From Candidatus Poribacteria bacterium (lineage in GTDB: Bacteria; Poribacteria; WGA-4E; PCPOR2b), in assembly GCA_965208325.1 (NCBI GenBank), contig OZ242326.1:3808001-3872000 (forward strand): 64,000 nucleotides of DNA. Direction: 5' to 3'. Positions 42,483-51,719 of this stretch are shown here, one piece after another. Numbering within the stretch: position 1 is the stretch's first letter; each line of letters opens with the position of its first letter. A program made the translations under genes and the position numbers. The notes beneath the pieces are model-generated. The model had not been told where the DNA came from. It ran no database searches and saw only the letters and a program-made list of their open reading frames with translations.

Positions 42483-44816
42483 ATGCGCCAAAAATTTAAC
42501 CGGTATTTCAATGTATCGGTGCTCATTATGCTAACGTTCGTGACGTCCCTCCTGTTTGCGCAAGGCGCAGGTCGTATCAACGGATATCTACACGACAAAG
42601 TTTCCGGATCCCCGTTGCCATACGCTAGAATTATACTGGGTGACACTCAATTTACCGCCGTGTCCGATGTACACGGTTATTATGTGTTGAGCGGAATTCC
42701 GCCGGGTAGCTACAAGCTAATCGTTTCAAAGGCGCGGTACGAGCGCGTTGAGAAGGAGGTTGAAATTCAGCCGGACGGTGAGCTAAGGCTCGATATTGAG
42801 GTCGCGCCGGAAGCGGTTGAACTTGAGGAAGTGACGGTAACTGGGGAATTAACACGGTTTAAAGAAGATGTAGAAATCAGCCGCACGCACATCAGTTCTG
42901 AAGACATAGTAAATACCCCGTCATTTGTTGAAGCCGATGTGTTTCGCACAATTCAACAACTCCCGAGTGTCACTTCACAGAGCGACTTCAGCTCTGCGCT
43001 GATCGTCCGCGGCGGAAGGCCCGATGAAAACTTGGTACTGGTTGACGGTGCGGAGATTTATAACCCTTATCATCTTGGCGGGTTGTTCTCCACTTTCAAT
43101 GCGGACACTATTGCCGATGCTAAATTCTTGGCGGGCGGCTATCCCGCAGAGTACCCCGGTAGACTGTCGTCTATCTTGGACATCACCTCAAGAGAGGGGA
43201 AGCAGATTAAAGGAAAAGGAGAAGTCTCGCTCCTCAGCAGCAAAATGATGCTGGAAGGGCCGTTCTATAAGGGTGCTTGGATTATCTCCGGTAGAAGAAC
43301 CTACTTCGATCTCATTGCCGAACGGTTCAACCGCGCAAGAGGAGAGGATCAGGACTGGCGATACTACTTTTGGGACGGCCAAATCAAAATCTTTAGCGAT
43401 CTGAATGCGGAAAACAGGTTGACCTTCTCGACATTTGATGGACGTGATGTTCTGACGTTTTTCTATACTGGCGAAGATGAGTATTCGGACGACACCACAG
43501 ATTTCAACTGGAATTGGGGCAATAACGCGCCCAGCTTGAAGTGGCGGTACGTTCCAAACGCGAAGTTCTTCTCAGAACTTGTATTAACGCGCTCCAATTT
43601 CGATTTTGACGTGGATCTGGAAGTCACCGAAGTCGACATTGATGCTAGCGAAGACCAAACTGTCGCTATGGCGAACAACCAGATTCAGGACTACTCGATC
43701 TCGGAACGGTTAACCTGGTATCTTTCGCCTCAGCATACCCTTAAGATGGGAGCCACGGCAAAAAAACTGAACATGGAATTTAATTTGCATGTGGATAATG
43801 TCAATTACTTCGACGTCGCGCAAGACGCCTACATCTTTAACGCCTTCATTCAAGATAAATGGAAACTCAACGACCTGCTCTCGCTTCAGTTCGGATTGCG
43901 CGGCACCAAATATGAGTTGCACGATAACATCTATCTCGATCCGCGTTTCGGATTCAAATACCTGTTATCGGACAATCTGACGTTCAAGGGAAGTTGGGGG
44001 CGGTTCAGTCAATTCCTTTTTACTGTGAACGACGAAGATCAGGTGCTGCAAATCGTCGATTTTTGGCTGCCGGTGCCCGAAGAATTTGATGCGATAAAGA
44101 ATCAACATTTCATTCTTGGATTCGAAAGATGGTTTAATCCGGGATTTACCGGTTCGGTTGAGGCATATTATAAACCCTACAGCAACGTCCTCACTAGCAA
44201 TCTCGGCAACGATCCCGGCCGTGCGTTTGATGAGTTCATCTCCGGTACAGGGCGTGTCTGGGGCTTGGAGTTTTTCCTGAAGAAAACCGCGGGGAAATTT
44301 ACGGGCTGGCTCGGTTATTCATACTCTAATGTGGAAAGGCGGTTCGATTTCAACGAAGATGGAAAGATCGAAAAAACAGAGAATCGTGCGTCGGAAATCT
44401 ATCCACCCAAATATTCGAGACCGCATTCGCTCAACTTTGTTACCAGTTACCAGATGAGCCGGAACAACCGGTTCTCACTCTCCTGGACCGTGTCAAGCGG
44501 TCAACCTTATACGCCGGTCGTCGGCAAAGTCTATTATGGGGGTGACTCGCCGGATAACCCTTATAGGGACGTTATTAGTATAGAAGGCAGAAAAAATTCA
44601 TCGCGGTATCCGCCCTACGTACGCGGAGATATTGCCTGGATTAGAGACATCTCACCCTTCGGGGCGAACGGCAAATTCAAATTGCAGGTCATCAATTTTA
44701 CAAATCATTACAACTATCTACTCTATATTTGGGATCACGATCGTTCGCCGTCAAAAGTTACAGCAATTAGCATGTTTCCAATTATCCCGACATTCGGAAT
44801 AGAATTTGAGTTTTAA
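42483..44816 (+). CDS. TonB-dependent receptor with carboxypeptidase-regulatory-like N-domain
   Basis: Signal peptide; LEEVTVTG, VRGGRPDENL, GGYPAEYPGRLSSILDI; C-terminal Phe. Confidence 0.92.
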   Translation: MRQKFNRYFNVSVLIMLTFVTSLLFAQGAGRINGYLHDKVSGSPLPYARIILGDTQFTAVSDVHGYYVLSGIPPGSYKLIVSKARYERVEKEVEIQPDGELRLDIEVAPEAVELEEVTVTGELTRFKEDVEISRTHISSEDIVNTPSFVEADVFRTIQQLPSVTSQSDFSSALIVRGGRPDENLVLVDGAEIYNPYHLGGLFSTFNADTIADAKFLAGGYPAEYPGRLSSILDITSREGKQIKGKGEVSLLSSKMMLEGPFYKGAWIISGRRTYFDLIAERFNRARGEDQDWRYYFWDGQIKIFSDLNAENRLTFSTFDGRDVLTFFYTGEDEYSDDTTDFNWNWGNNAPSLKWRYVPNAKFFSELVLTRSNFDFDVDLEVTEVDIDASEDQTVAMANNQIQDYSISERLTWYLSPQHTLKMGATAKKLNMEFNLHVDNVNYFDVAQDAYIFNAFIQDKWKLNDLLSLQFGLRGTKYELHDNIYLDPRFGFKYLLSDNLTFKGSWGRFSQFLFTVNDEDQVLQIVDFWLPVPEEFDAIKNQHFILGFERWFNPGFTGSVEAYYKPYSNVLTSNLGNDPGRAFDEFISGTGRVWGLEFFLKKTAGKFTGWLGYSYSNVERRFDFNEDGKIEKTENRASEIYPPKYSRPHSLNFVTSYQMSRNNRFSLSWTVSSGQPYTPVVGKVYYGGDSPDNPYRDVISIEGRKNSSRYPPYVRGDIAWIRDISPFGANGKFKLQVINFTNHYNYLLYIWDHDRSPSKVTAISMFPIIPTFGIEFEF

Positions 44817-45021
44817 GAACCTGTTTAAAAGTTCATTTTTTACGGCTCCAGTTGTCTTAAGTCAAAGCCCCAGAGGGGATCTTCGATCATCAAATCGAAG
44901 ATAGTTTTTTCAGTAAAATAGAAACGCCATTCACCATACATCAAAAGCCCCAACGGGGCGACAGATTATAGCAACTCAAACGCCCAAGAATGGCTTGCTC
45001 ACCTATAATTCAAACAGACTC
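44817..45021. mobile_element. MITE-like element with TAA target duplication
   Basis: GAACCTGTTTAAA...TTCAAACAGACTC (10/13 inverted match), TAA at 44814-44816 and 45022-45024. Confidence 0.6.
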
Positions 45022-45034
45022 TAAGAGGAAAACC

Positions 45035-46072
45035 GTGCATATTCTAAGAATCTGCCTCGCGGCGCTCTTGCTAGTTGCCGCACTCTCATGCGAGCGGGAA
45101 CTGGAAGTCGCCGATTTCAGAGATGATTTCGGAAATTACCAACCGGAACTAAAAATTGAGGGTTTGCTTGACTATGATAATCCGGAAGACTCCATCATTC
45201 GGATTATCAGAACCGAGGCGATTACCGAATCTGATGTTTTCGACGGAATTGACAATGACGGAGACGCCGAAATTGACGAATTTGATGAGACGCTCCCGCT
45301 TATTCAGGATACAACGGCTACCGTCACAGTGACGAATTTAAATTCGGGCGAGGCATACGAATTTCAGTACGTTACGCTGGCGGAGGAGTTGTTCTATCGG
45401 GAATTTCATGAAGATTCCCACGGCGTGGGTCAAACAAGGGTTTTTGGCGATGGAGGCTACACACCAAAAAGTGCGGACGGTTTTCAGGTCGAACTCTTTG
45501 CCCAATACCGTTTAGAAATCTATTCCGAAGCCTTCGACCAGGCCATTACCGGCGTGACCACAGTCTATCCGCCGGTTGAATTCATCGACATTGATACCCT
45601 TTCAACCCTTGACGGCGGCCGCATAACCCTAAATAGAGATGTCGAAAAGACAATCTATTGGCGTTCAGATTTGGAGGTGACGTCATACTTCGTTACCGTT
45701 GTTACCGTATTTGAATTAGACAACGCATTTCTTGAAGAAGAGCTATTCTTTGAGGACCCGCAACTCCATGAGAACGAACGGTTCGTCGAATCTGTCGATT
45801 CGTTTTCATTGTCCAGGGACAATGATTTGACAGAACAGCACGGCGTCTCAATCGGCAAAGAGAGTTTCTTTGTGGGGCGCGAGGCAAATGCCGGCAAAAC
45901 CTTGTCAATAATCGTCGAAGGTCTCAGCCCGGAATATGGGCGTTACATCTTTTCGGCATTGCCGCTGAACGATGCGCAGAGATCCAACCTTCGCGATCAA
46001 GACGGAAAACCCGTCATGGGCGCTTTCGGCGCAACCGCATCAAACACCATACAAGTAGCAATCGAAGAATAA
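45035..46072 (+). CDS. Acidic lipoprotein, DUF4249-like partner of the TonB receptor
   Basis: ALSC lipobox; LKIEGLL, SNL...MGAFG; DGIDNDGDAEIDE Ca-binding-like loop; GTG start after GAGG. Confidence 0.65.
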   Translation: MHILRICLAALLLVAALSCERELEVADFRDDFGNYQPELKIEGLLDYDNPEDSIIRIIRTEAITESDVFDGIDNDGDAEIDEFDETLPLIQDTTATVTVTNLNSGEAYEFQYVTLAEELFYREFHEDSHGVGQTRVFGDGGYTPKSADGFQVELFAQYRLEIYSEAFDQAITGVTTVYPPVEFIDIDTLSTLDGGRITLNRDVEKTIYWRSDLEVTSYFVTVVTVFELDNAFLEEELFFEDPQLHENERFVESVDSFSLSRDNDLTEQHGVSIGKESFFVGREANAGKTLSIIVEGLSPEYGRYIFSALPLNDAQRSNLRDQDGKPVMGAFGATASNTIQVAIEE

Positions 46073-46260
46073 GTTCTTGTAGGTTGGGTAGAGCGGAATT
46101 CACCAAAACGGTGTCAGCAGCAGTTTTGCGCTCCAAAATTCAAATCATGCTTGGTTGTAATTAACGCGTAGCGAAACCCAACTCTTTTGAAAACTCCGGC
46201 ACCCAAAACGATTACCGAACGAAAAACCCGTCCCATTTACGCGAAAACTCCGCCGCATTA
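46072..46260. repeat. Repeat family B (GTAGGTTGGG REP element), left half only
   Basis: AAGTTCTTGTAGGTTGGGTAGAGCGG...AGCGAAACCCAAC; colinear with 55376-55560. Confidence 0.8.
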
Positions 46261-46353
46261 CTTGCCAAACAATTAACACATACAATCCAATTTCTAAATT
46301 CCCCCCTGATAAGGGGGGCTAGGGGGGTTGACACCCGTTTTTATCTGGATAGC

Positions 46354-46606
46354 GCACTTCAGGTTGAAATTCGCCGATCCATAAGTCATCGAAGGGCATT
46401 GTCAGCATCTACACCACTGTAGGCGGGGCATCTTGCCCCGCAAAGTAGTAGGCACACGCCGTGTGCCGTAATCTTCTGTAAAACCACACTAACCATACAC
46501 AGCAATCGCGTAATCAAGCGATCGAATAGGGCGCAATAGTCTTCGGCGCCTGTATCCTGTAGGAGCAATCTCCGAATCGCGGTACTCATTTAAAACCGAG
46601 TTTTTT
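46354..46606. repeat. Repeat family A (composite of three GTAG REPs ending in a hairpin), copy 1, interrupted
   Basis: Colinear with 49863-50142 and 51309-51561; continues at about 48605-48633 after the insertion. Confidence 0.9.
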
Positions 46607-46611
46607 ATAGT

Positions 46612-46640
46612 TTGTATCAAATGACCCCATGAGTTAAACT
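46612..46640 (+). promoter_or_regulatory. Putative promoter overlapping the left IR of the element
   Basis: TTGTAT-17 bp-TAAACT about 50 bp upstream of orfA. Confidence 0.45.
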
Positions 46641-46689
46641 GATAACAGATGTTATTTCCATCAATTACCATGAATCCATGGAGGTCATT

Positions 46690-47490
46690 ATGAAACCACA
46701 AAGTCATTCAAACTACGGTATCAATCGTCTGGAATCAAAGACGGCGAGAGCGGCAATTATTCAGAAGATTGCGTCAGACTTCAATCTGATGCCTATCCTT
46801 GCCGAAGCCTACTATAATCAGATTTCTTCCTACTTTGCCCAACACGCCGATATTAAACTCACATCAGGCCAAATCTGCTATGAAGCCGTAGCCGCCGACG
46901 AACCCGCAGGTAAACACATTGCCTTAGCCAAAAAGGTCTCCTGCCAACTCACCCTCAATGATGTGCACACCGATCTTGAGGTGTTAGCCAACTATGGACT
47001 TGCAGGACTCAGACGACATCGAATCTTACGGTTAACCAAACAAGCCTATGACCAAGACGCTTTGCTCAGCTATGAAGATTTAGCGGTGCTATTAACCACC
47101 AGCCCGGCGACCGTCAAACGAGACATTCGACAGTTGAAACAGCAAGGGTTTTTTGTAATGACTCGCGGCGCCAAACACGACATGGGCCCCGGCATCTCTC
47201 ATAAAACCCAAATCCTAGAACTGTACTTTAAAGGCTATCAATTCACCGACATTGAGCGAAAGACGAACCACACCGAACGCGCCGTGTTGAGATACTTGCG
47301 TAATTTCACTCAGGTAGCAACCCTCCATCATCAAGACTTTCCAAAGGAACAGATACGGCTCATCACCCATCTCTCTGACCGATTGATTCGTGAGTATCTC
47401 TCCCTGTATGATAAATACGAACATACAGAGCGAATGACGACTTTACTTCATCCTGAACCCGTTGATGAAAAAAAGGGGGAAAACTCATGA
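46690..47490 (+). CDS. DUF1670-like protein (orfA)
   Basis: RLTKQAYDQDALLSYEDLAVLL, SPATVKRDI (HTH), TRG...DMGPGISHK; GGAGG RBS at 46680. Confidence 0.8.
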   Translation: MKPQSHSNYGINRLESKTARAAIIQKIASDFNLMPILAEAYYNQISSYFAQHADIKLTSGQICYEAVAADEPAGKHIALAKKVSCQLTLNDVHTDLEVLANYGLAGLRRHRILRLTKQAYDQDALLSYEDLAVLLTTSPATVKRDIRQLKQQGFFVMTRGAKHDMGPGISHKTQILELYFKGYQFTDIERKTNHTERAVLRYLRNFTQVATLHHQDFPKEQIRLITHLSDRLIREYLSLYDKYEHTERMTTLLHPEPVDEKKGENS

Positions 47491-48380
47491 GTAAATCATT
47501 GACTCGAACCGAAATCAACGAGAAGAAAATCAGACGTATCAATGATAAATCGTTGCGGCAGTTGCTGATTCATCGCTTTATCAATTCCTATGGGTATGAC
47601 AAAGGCGAAGTGACTGCCAAAGCCATTGTCGATGACATCGTCAAAACTATTGAAGACTATTTCCTGATTCGCTTGCCACTTGATAAACTCGCCGCTGGAG
47701 AACAACTTCCTGATGAACGAATGCTTAGCTATGGTCAACTGGTTTGGATGGCTGTGCCGATTGACGAATATCCACAGAGAGCCAAGTCAATCGTTAAAAC
47801 CCGCATGAAGCCTGTGGTTTTAAGCTTTGTGGCCCCCGAGGACATTGAACACTATTACAGCGGCTTCAGCTCTCGTGAACTCAGAATTCATCGATTGGTG
47901 CGATGGTGTTATCAAGCCTATGACCAAGGGGCATTGTTGACTCAACTAGACCTGGCTGTGTTGCTCAACGTCCGCGACCCAGTAGTGAGTGAGTATGTCA
48001 ACGAGTGGCAAAGCACCAGTGGAAAAATCTTGCCCACTCGCGGCAACATTCACGATTTATCGGCGGCAATTACACACAAGAAGGAGATTATTACCCTTTA
48101 TCTACAAGGGCACCTGACTCCGACCATTGCTGCCAAAACCAAGCACTCCAAAGAAGCTGTTGACCGATACATCCATGATTATGAGTCCGTTAAGATTGTT
48201 CGCACCGCTACCGATGACATTGACAAAATCTCTCAGATTACCAAACTTTCCAAGCGCGTCATCTCTCAATATCTCGACCTAATTCCTCAACATTCGCTGA
48301 ATGACATCAACGCAAACTTGGAAGACGGCAAAGATAACACCGTGCCGTCCAGTTCCAAACCTACAGGAGACTTGCAATGA
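47487..48380 (+). CDS. DUF1670-like protein (orfB), paralogue of orfA
   Basis: QAYDQGALLTQLDLAVLL, PTRGNIHDLSAAITHK, HSKEAVDRY; ATGA overlap with orfA. Confidence 0.8.
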   Translation: MSKSLTRTEINEKKIRRINDKSLRQLLIHRFINSYGYDKGEVTAKAIVDDIVKTIEDYFLIRLPLDKLAAGEQLPDERMLSYGQLVWMAVPIDEYPQRAKSIVKTRMKPVVLSFVAPEDIEHYYSGFSSRELRIHRLVRWCYQAYDQGALLTQLDLAVLLNVRDPVVSEYVNEWQSTSGKILPTRGNIHDLSAAITHKKEIITLYLQGHLTPTIAAKTKHSKEAVDRYIHDYESVKIVRTATDDIDKISQITKLSKRVISQYLDLIPQHSLNDINANLEDGKDNTVPSSSKPTGDLQ

Positions 48381-48698
48381 CAGCATACGCCTATTATTGC
48401 TTAGACATGGGAAAACAACGTCTCTTTCTTTGGCATCGGCTTGGCACGCCATAGCCATTTTGGTATACTTTGTCACGCTTCTAGCCAAACCAAATGAATT
48501 TCTTGACGGATAAGCTAATTAAGCCAACATAACTCGCTCATTTGATGATGGCTCGAAGTCAGTAACCACGCGCATTCCAACTATCATCAGGTCATTTGAT
48601 ACTATTTCTTCAAAACTCGGTTTCTCCTAATCCTATGATTTCAGCCTGAACAATGTCTCAGGCAAAATCGTAATATACCCGAAAGGAGTTGAAATACT

Positions 48699-49496
48699 AT
48701 GCCAATCAAAACTTTCCGATTCATGATAGTTCTCTTGGTAATCGTCGCTGTGTTTGGACGAATGTGTATCGCCGGTACCTGGATTGACGATTTCAGTGAC
48801 CGAAACCTTCCAGATTGGGGGCCTCCTAGGGGGCCGCAACATTTTGGGGGCGGTCGAATAAATGACGGGGTTAACGCAGGTGTTGTTGATGGACACTTCC
48901 ATTATGAAGGGAAAAAACAACGAACAAGTCATAATTTGAAGAATTGGGGATTAGGGAAAATCCAAGATTTTTCGCTCGAGTTGAAGTTTATGTTTAGAGA
49001 CATCCGAGACAGCCTGGAGAGTTCTTGGACAATTCGATATGCCTCATTTAACGAAGAAAAGGGGGATTTCGACGGGTTTATGAGCTTTTTGTGGTATCCC
49101 GATTCCGAAGGGAAACCCAACGTTTCATTTATTACGATTGATCGCTACGAGTTGAGAGTGCCGGAGGATTTTCCAGAATTGGGGCAAGGCTGGATGCCAG
49201 ATCTCGCTGCAATAGACAGCTTTGCATTCGAAGAAAAGGTCTGGTACACGTTGAGGATTACACGCGAAGAAAACCAATATACTTTTTCGATGGACGATGT
49301 AATTTTATTCGCAGAAGATGATACAGTGCCGATGGGTACGATTGAGCTGTCATTTCATGGATGGTTCACCGTCTGGTTGGATGATTTTACGGTGACCGGC
49401 CCCGATGTTCCGAATGGAGGACCTGGCTTTATGGGAGTCAATCCATCGGCAGAGGGAGTAACGACGATGTGGGGAAAGCTCAAAGCACAGAACTGA
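48699..49496 (+). CDS. Secreted beta-rich (ConA-like) hypothetical protein
   Basis: Signal peptide; AGTWIDDFSD, WYTLRI, LDDFTVTGPDVP; C-terminal GVNPSAEGVTTMWGKLK. Confidence 0.75.
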   Translation: MPIKTFRFMIVLLVIVAVFGRMCIAGTWIDDFSDRNLPDWGPPRGPQHFGGGRINDGVNAGVVDGHFHYEGKKQRTSHNLKNWGLGKIQDFSLELKFMFRDIRDSLESSWTIRYASFNEEKGDFDGFMSFLWYPDSEGKPNVSFITIDRYELRVPEDFPELGQGWMPDLAAIDSFAFEEKVWYTLRITREENQYTFSMDDVILFAEDDTVPMGTIELSFHGWFTVWLDDFTVTGPDVPNGGPGFMGVNPSAEGVTTMWGKLKAQN

Positions 49497-49584
49497 CAGA
49501 AACCGTTCTCCCGAATATTCTCCCTTTTTCCAAGGGATATTAATCGAGCGGATAGCGAAGGCGAAAGTCTCCTTGTGCAATTTA

Positions 49585-49614
49585 AAACCGAGTTTTTTCT
49601 TCAAAACTCGGTTT
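49585..49614. repeat. Intact (empty) copy of the hairpin targeted by the DUF1670 element
   Basis: AAACCGAGTTTT-TTCTTC-AAAACTCGGTTT, followed by CTCCTAATC as at 48624. Confidence 0.9.
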
Positions 49615-49636
49615 CTCCTAATCTTAGTTTGTGGTC

Positions 49637-49860
49637 AAGTTCTTGTAGGTTGGGTTGAGCGATCAACCGACCGAATAGGGAGGGCGATAGTCTTTTCTTG
49701 CCTTATCCTTATCGCTTCCGATAAACCAAAAGTTCCGCAATACCCAAAAGCGTTGGGTTCGCTGCACCTTAACAATTTCAGCACATATTAAAATACCGAT
49801 ATCCATTGGGCATTTTTCGCGTCTTTCATTTAATCCGCTTAACCCAACCTACAAAAACTT
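49637..49860. repeat. Repeat family B, full copy
   Basis: AAGTTCTTGTAGGTTGGGTTGAGCG...CGCTTAACCCAACCTACAAAAACTT terminal inverted repeats. Confidence 0.9.
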
Positions 49861-49862
49861 AA

Positions 49863-50142
49863 GCACTTCAGGTTGAAATTCCCCAATCCATAAGCCATCG
49901 AAGGGCATTGTCAGCCTCTCCACCATTGTAGGCGGGGCATCTTGCCCCGCAAAGTAGTAGGCACACTCCGTGTGCCGTAATCTTCTGCGAAATCACACTA
50001 CCCATCCACCGTAACTGCGCAATCAAGCCATCGAATAGGGGCGCAATAGTCTTCGGCGCCTGTATCTTGTAGGAGCGATCTCCGTATCGCGGCACTTATT
50101 TGAAACTGACTATTTTCTTCAAAACTCGGTTTCTCCTAATCC
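49863..50142. repeat. Repeat family A, copy 2 (uninterrupted)
   Basis: Colinear with 46354-46606 joined to 48605-48633. Confidence 0.9.
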
Positions 50143-50244
50143 CAATTGCAGTCCGATTCTCGGATTTAATAGATTCTAACGTGATTTCAGCCTGAACAAT
50201 GTCTCAGACGAAATCGTAACCCTTTAGACAGGAGTTGAAATACA

Positions 50245-51014
50245 ATGCCAATCAGAACATTCCGATTCATGATTGTCCTCTTTGTAACCGTCGCTGTGCT
50301 TGAACGAATGTGTATCGCTGGTACGTGGATAGACGATTTCAGTGACCGAAACCTTCGAGATTGGGAAGGCGGTCTAATAAATGACGAGGTTAGCGCAGGT
50401 GTTGTTGGTGGACACTTCTATTATAGAGGAAAAAATGAACGAGCAGGTTATTATATGAAAAATTTGGCATTAGGGAAAATCCAAGATTTTTCGCTCCAGT
50501 TGAAGTTTATGGTTAGAAACCTCCGAGACCTACGGCAGGGTTTTTTGACTATTGAATATTCTTCATTTAACGAAAAAACGAGGGGTCACGACGGGATTAT
50601 GCAATTTCGTGGTATCCCCATGGGGAACCCAAAATTAACATTATGGATGTTACAATTGATCGCTTCGAGCTGAGAGTGCCGGAAGATCAGCCAGAATTGG
50701 GGCAAGGCTGGATGGCAGATCTCGCTGCAAAAGACAGCTTTGCATTCGAAGAAAAGGTCTGGTACACGTTGAGGATTGCACGCGAAGGAAACCAATACAC
50801 TTTTTCGATGGGCGATGTTATATTATTCGCAGAAGATGATTCAGTGCCGATGGGTAAGATTGAGCTGTTATTTTTTGGAAGGTGTACCGTCTGGTTGGAT
50901 GATTTTATCGTGACCGGCCCCGATGTTCCGAATGGAGGCCCCGGCTTTTTGGGAGTCAATCCATTGGCAGAGGGAGTAACGACGATGTGGGGAAAGCTCA
51001 AAGCACAGAACTGA
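50245..51014 (+). pseudogene. Frameshifted paralogue of 48699-49496 (probably an intact gene with an assembly indel)
   Basis: Two ORF pieces are colinear with the paralogue; one extra T near 50605 restores F-S-W-Y-P. Confidence 0.75.
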
Positions 51015-51015
51015 C

Positions 51016-51290
51016 AGTTCTTGTAGGTTGGGTTGAGCGGGTTTCACCAAATGATGTACAATTTCACATTTCGCCCTAGGAGTCTAACGACGTTCAAGAT
51101 CCGATGGGCAGAGCGTAACCCAACGCTTTTCGCATTTACGCATGTTTTCCGATAAACCAAAAACTCCGCAATACCCAAAAGCGTTGGGTTCGCTACACCT
51201 TAACAATTTGGGCACATATTCAAATACCGATATCCATTGCGCATTTTTCGCGTCTTTCATTTAATCCGCTTAACCCAACCTACAAAAACT
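51016..51290. repeat. Repeat family B, full copy
   Basis: Same TIRs as 49637-49860. Confidence 0.9.
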
Positions 51291-51308
51291 AATTGCAAAT
51301 TATTGCGC

Positions 51309-51561
51309 CCAATCCATAAGCCATCGACGGGTATTGTCAGACGCTACCCCATTGTAGGCGGGGCATCTTGCCCCGCAAAGTAGTAGGCACACTCCGTGTG
51401 CCGTAATCTTCTGTGAAATCACACTACCCATACACCGCAACCGCGCAAGCAAGCGATCGAATAGGGCGCGATAGTCTTCGGCTCCTGTATCCTGTAGGAG
51501 CGATCTCCGAATCGCGGCACTTATTTTAAACCGGGTGTTTCTGAGAAAACTCGGTTTCTCC
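51309..51561. repeat. Repeat family A, copy 3
   Basis: Same three GTAG motifs; ends in a variant AAACCG...AAAACTCGGTTT hairpin. Confidence 0.9.
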
Positions 51562-51719
51562 AGCCCATTGTACGTCCTTCCCGCCTCAATTCCAACCTAG
51601 ACCTATACCCAACTGTCGGTTCAGCGCTTAAACTCGAAGATATTTGAAAATGTCTGTCGCTATAGGCTACAATAATAGAAAATCGTGTGTAAGGTTCGAC
51701 ATCTAGGAGCCGTGTATCA

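Larger units (their letters stand above)
46607..48604 (+). mobile_element. Candidate novel insertion element encoding two DUF1670-like proteins
   Basis: 13-bp perfect IR GTATCAAATGACC (46614-46626) / GGTCATTTGATAC (48590-48602); splits AAACCGAGTTTT-TTCTTC-AAAACTCGGTTT, which is intact at 49585-49614; TTT on both flanks. Confidence 0.8.

Noticed and set aside
46607..48604. Calling the element a standard IS110/IS1111
   Set aside because: End architecture is similar, but neither ORF shows the DEDD RuvC-like or catalytic Ser domain motifs, and I found no convincing circle-junction promoter.
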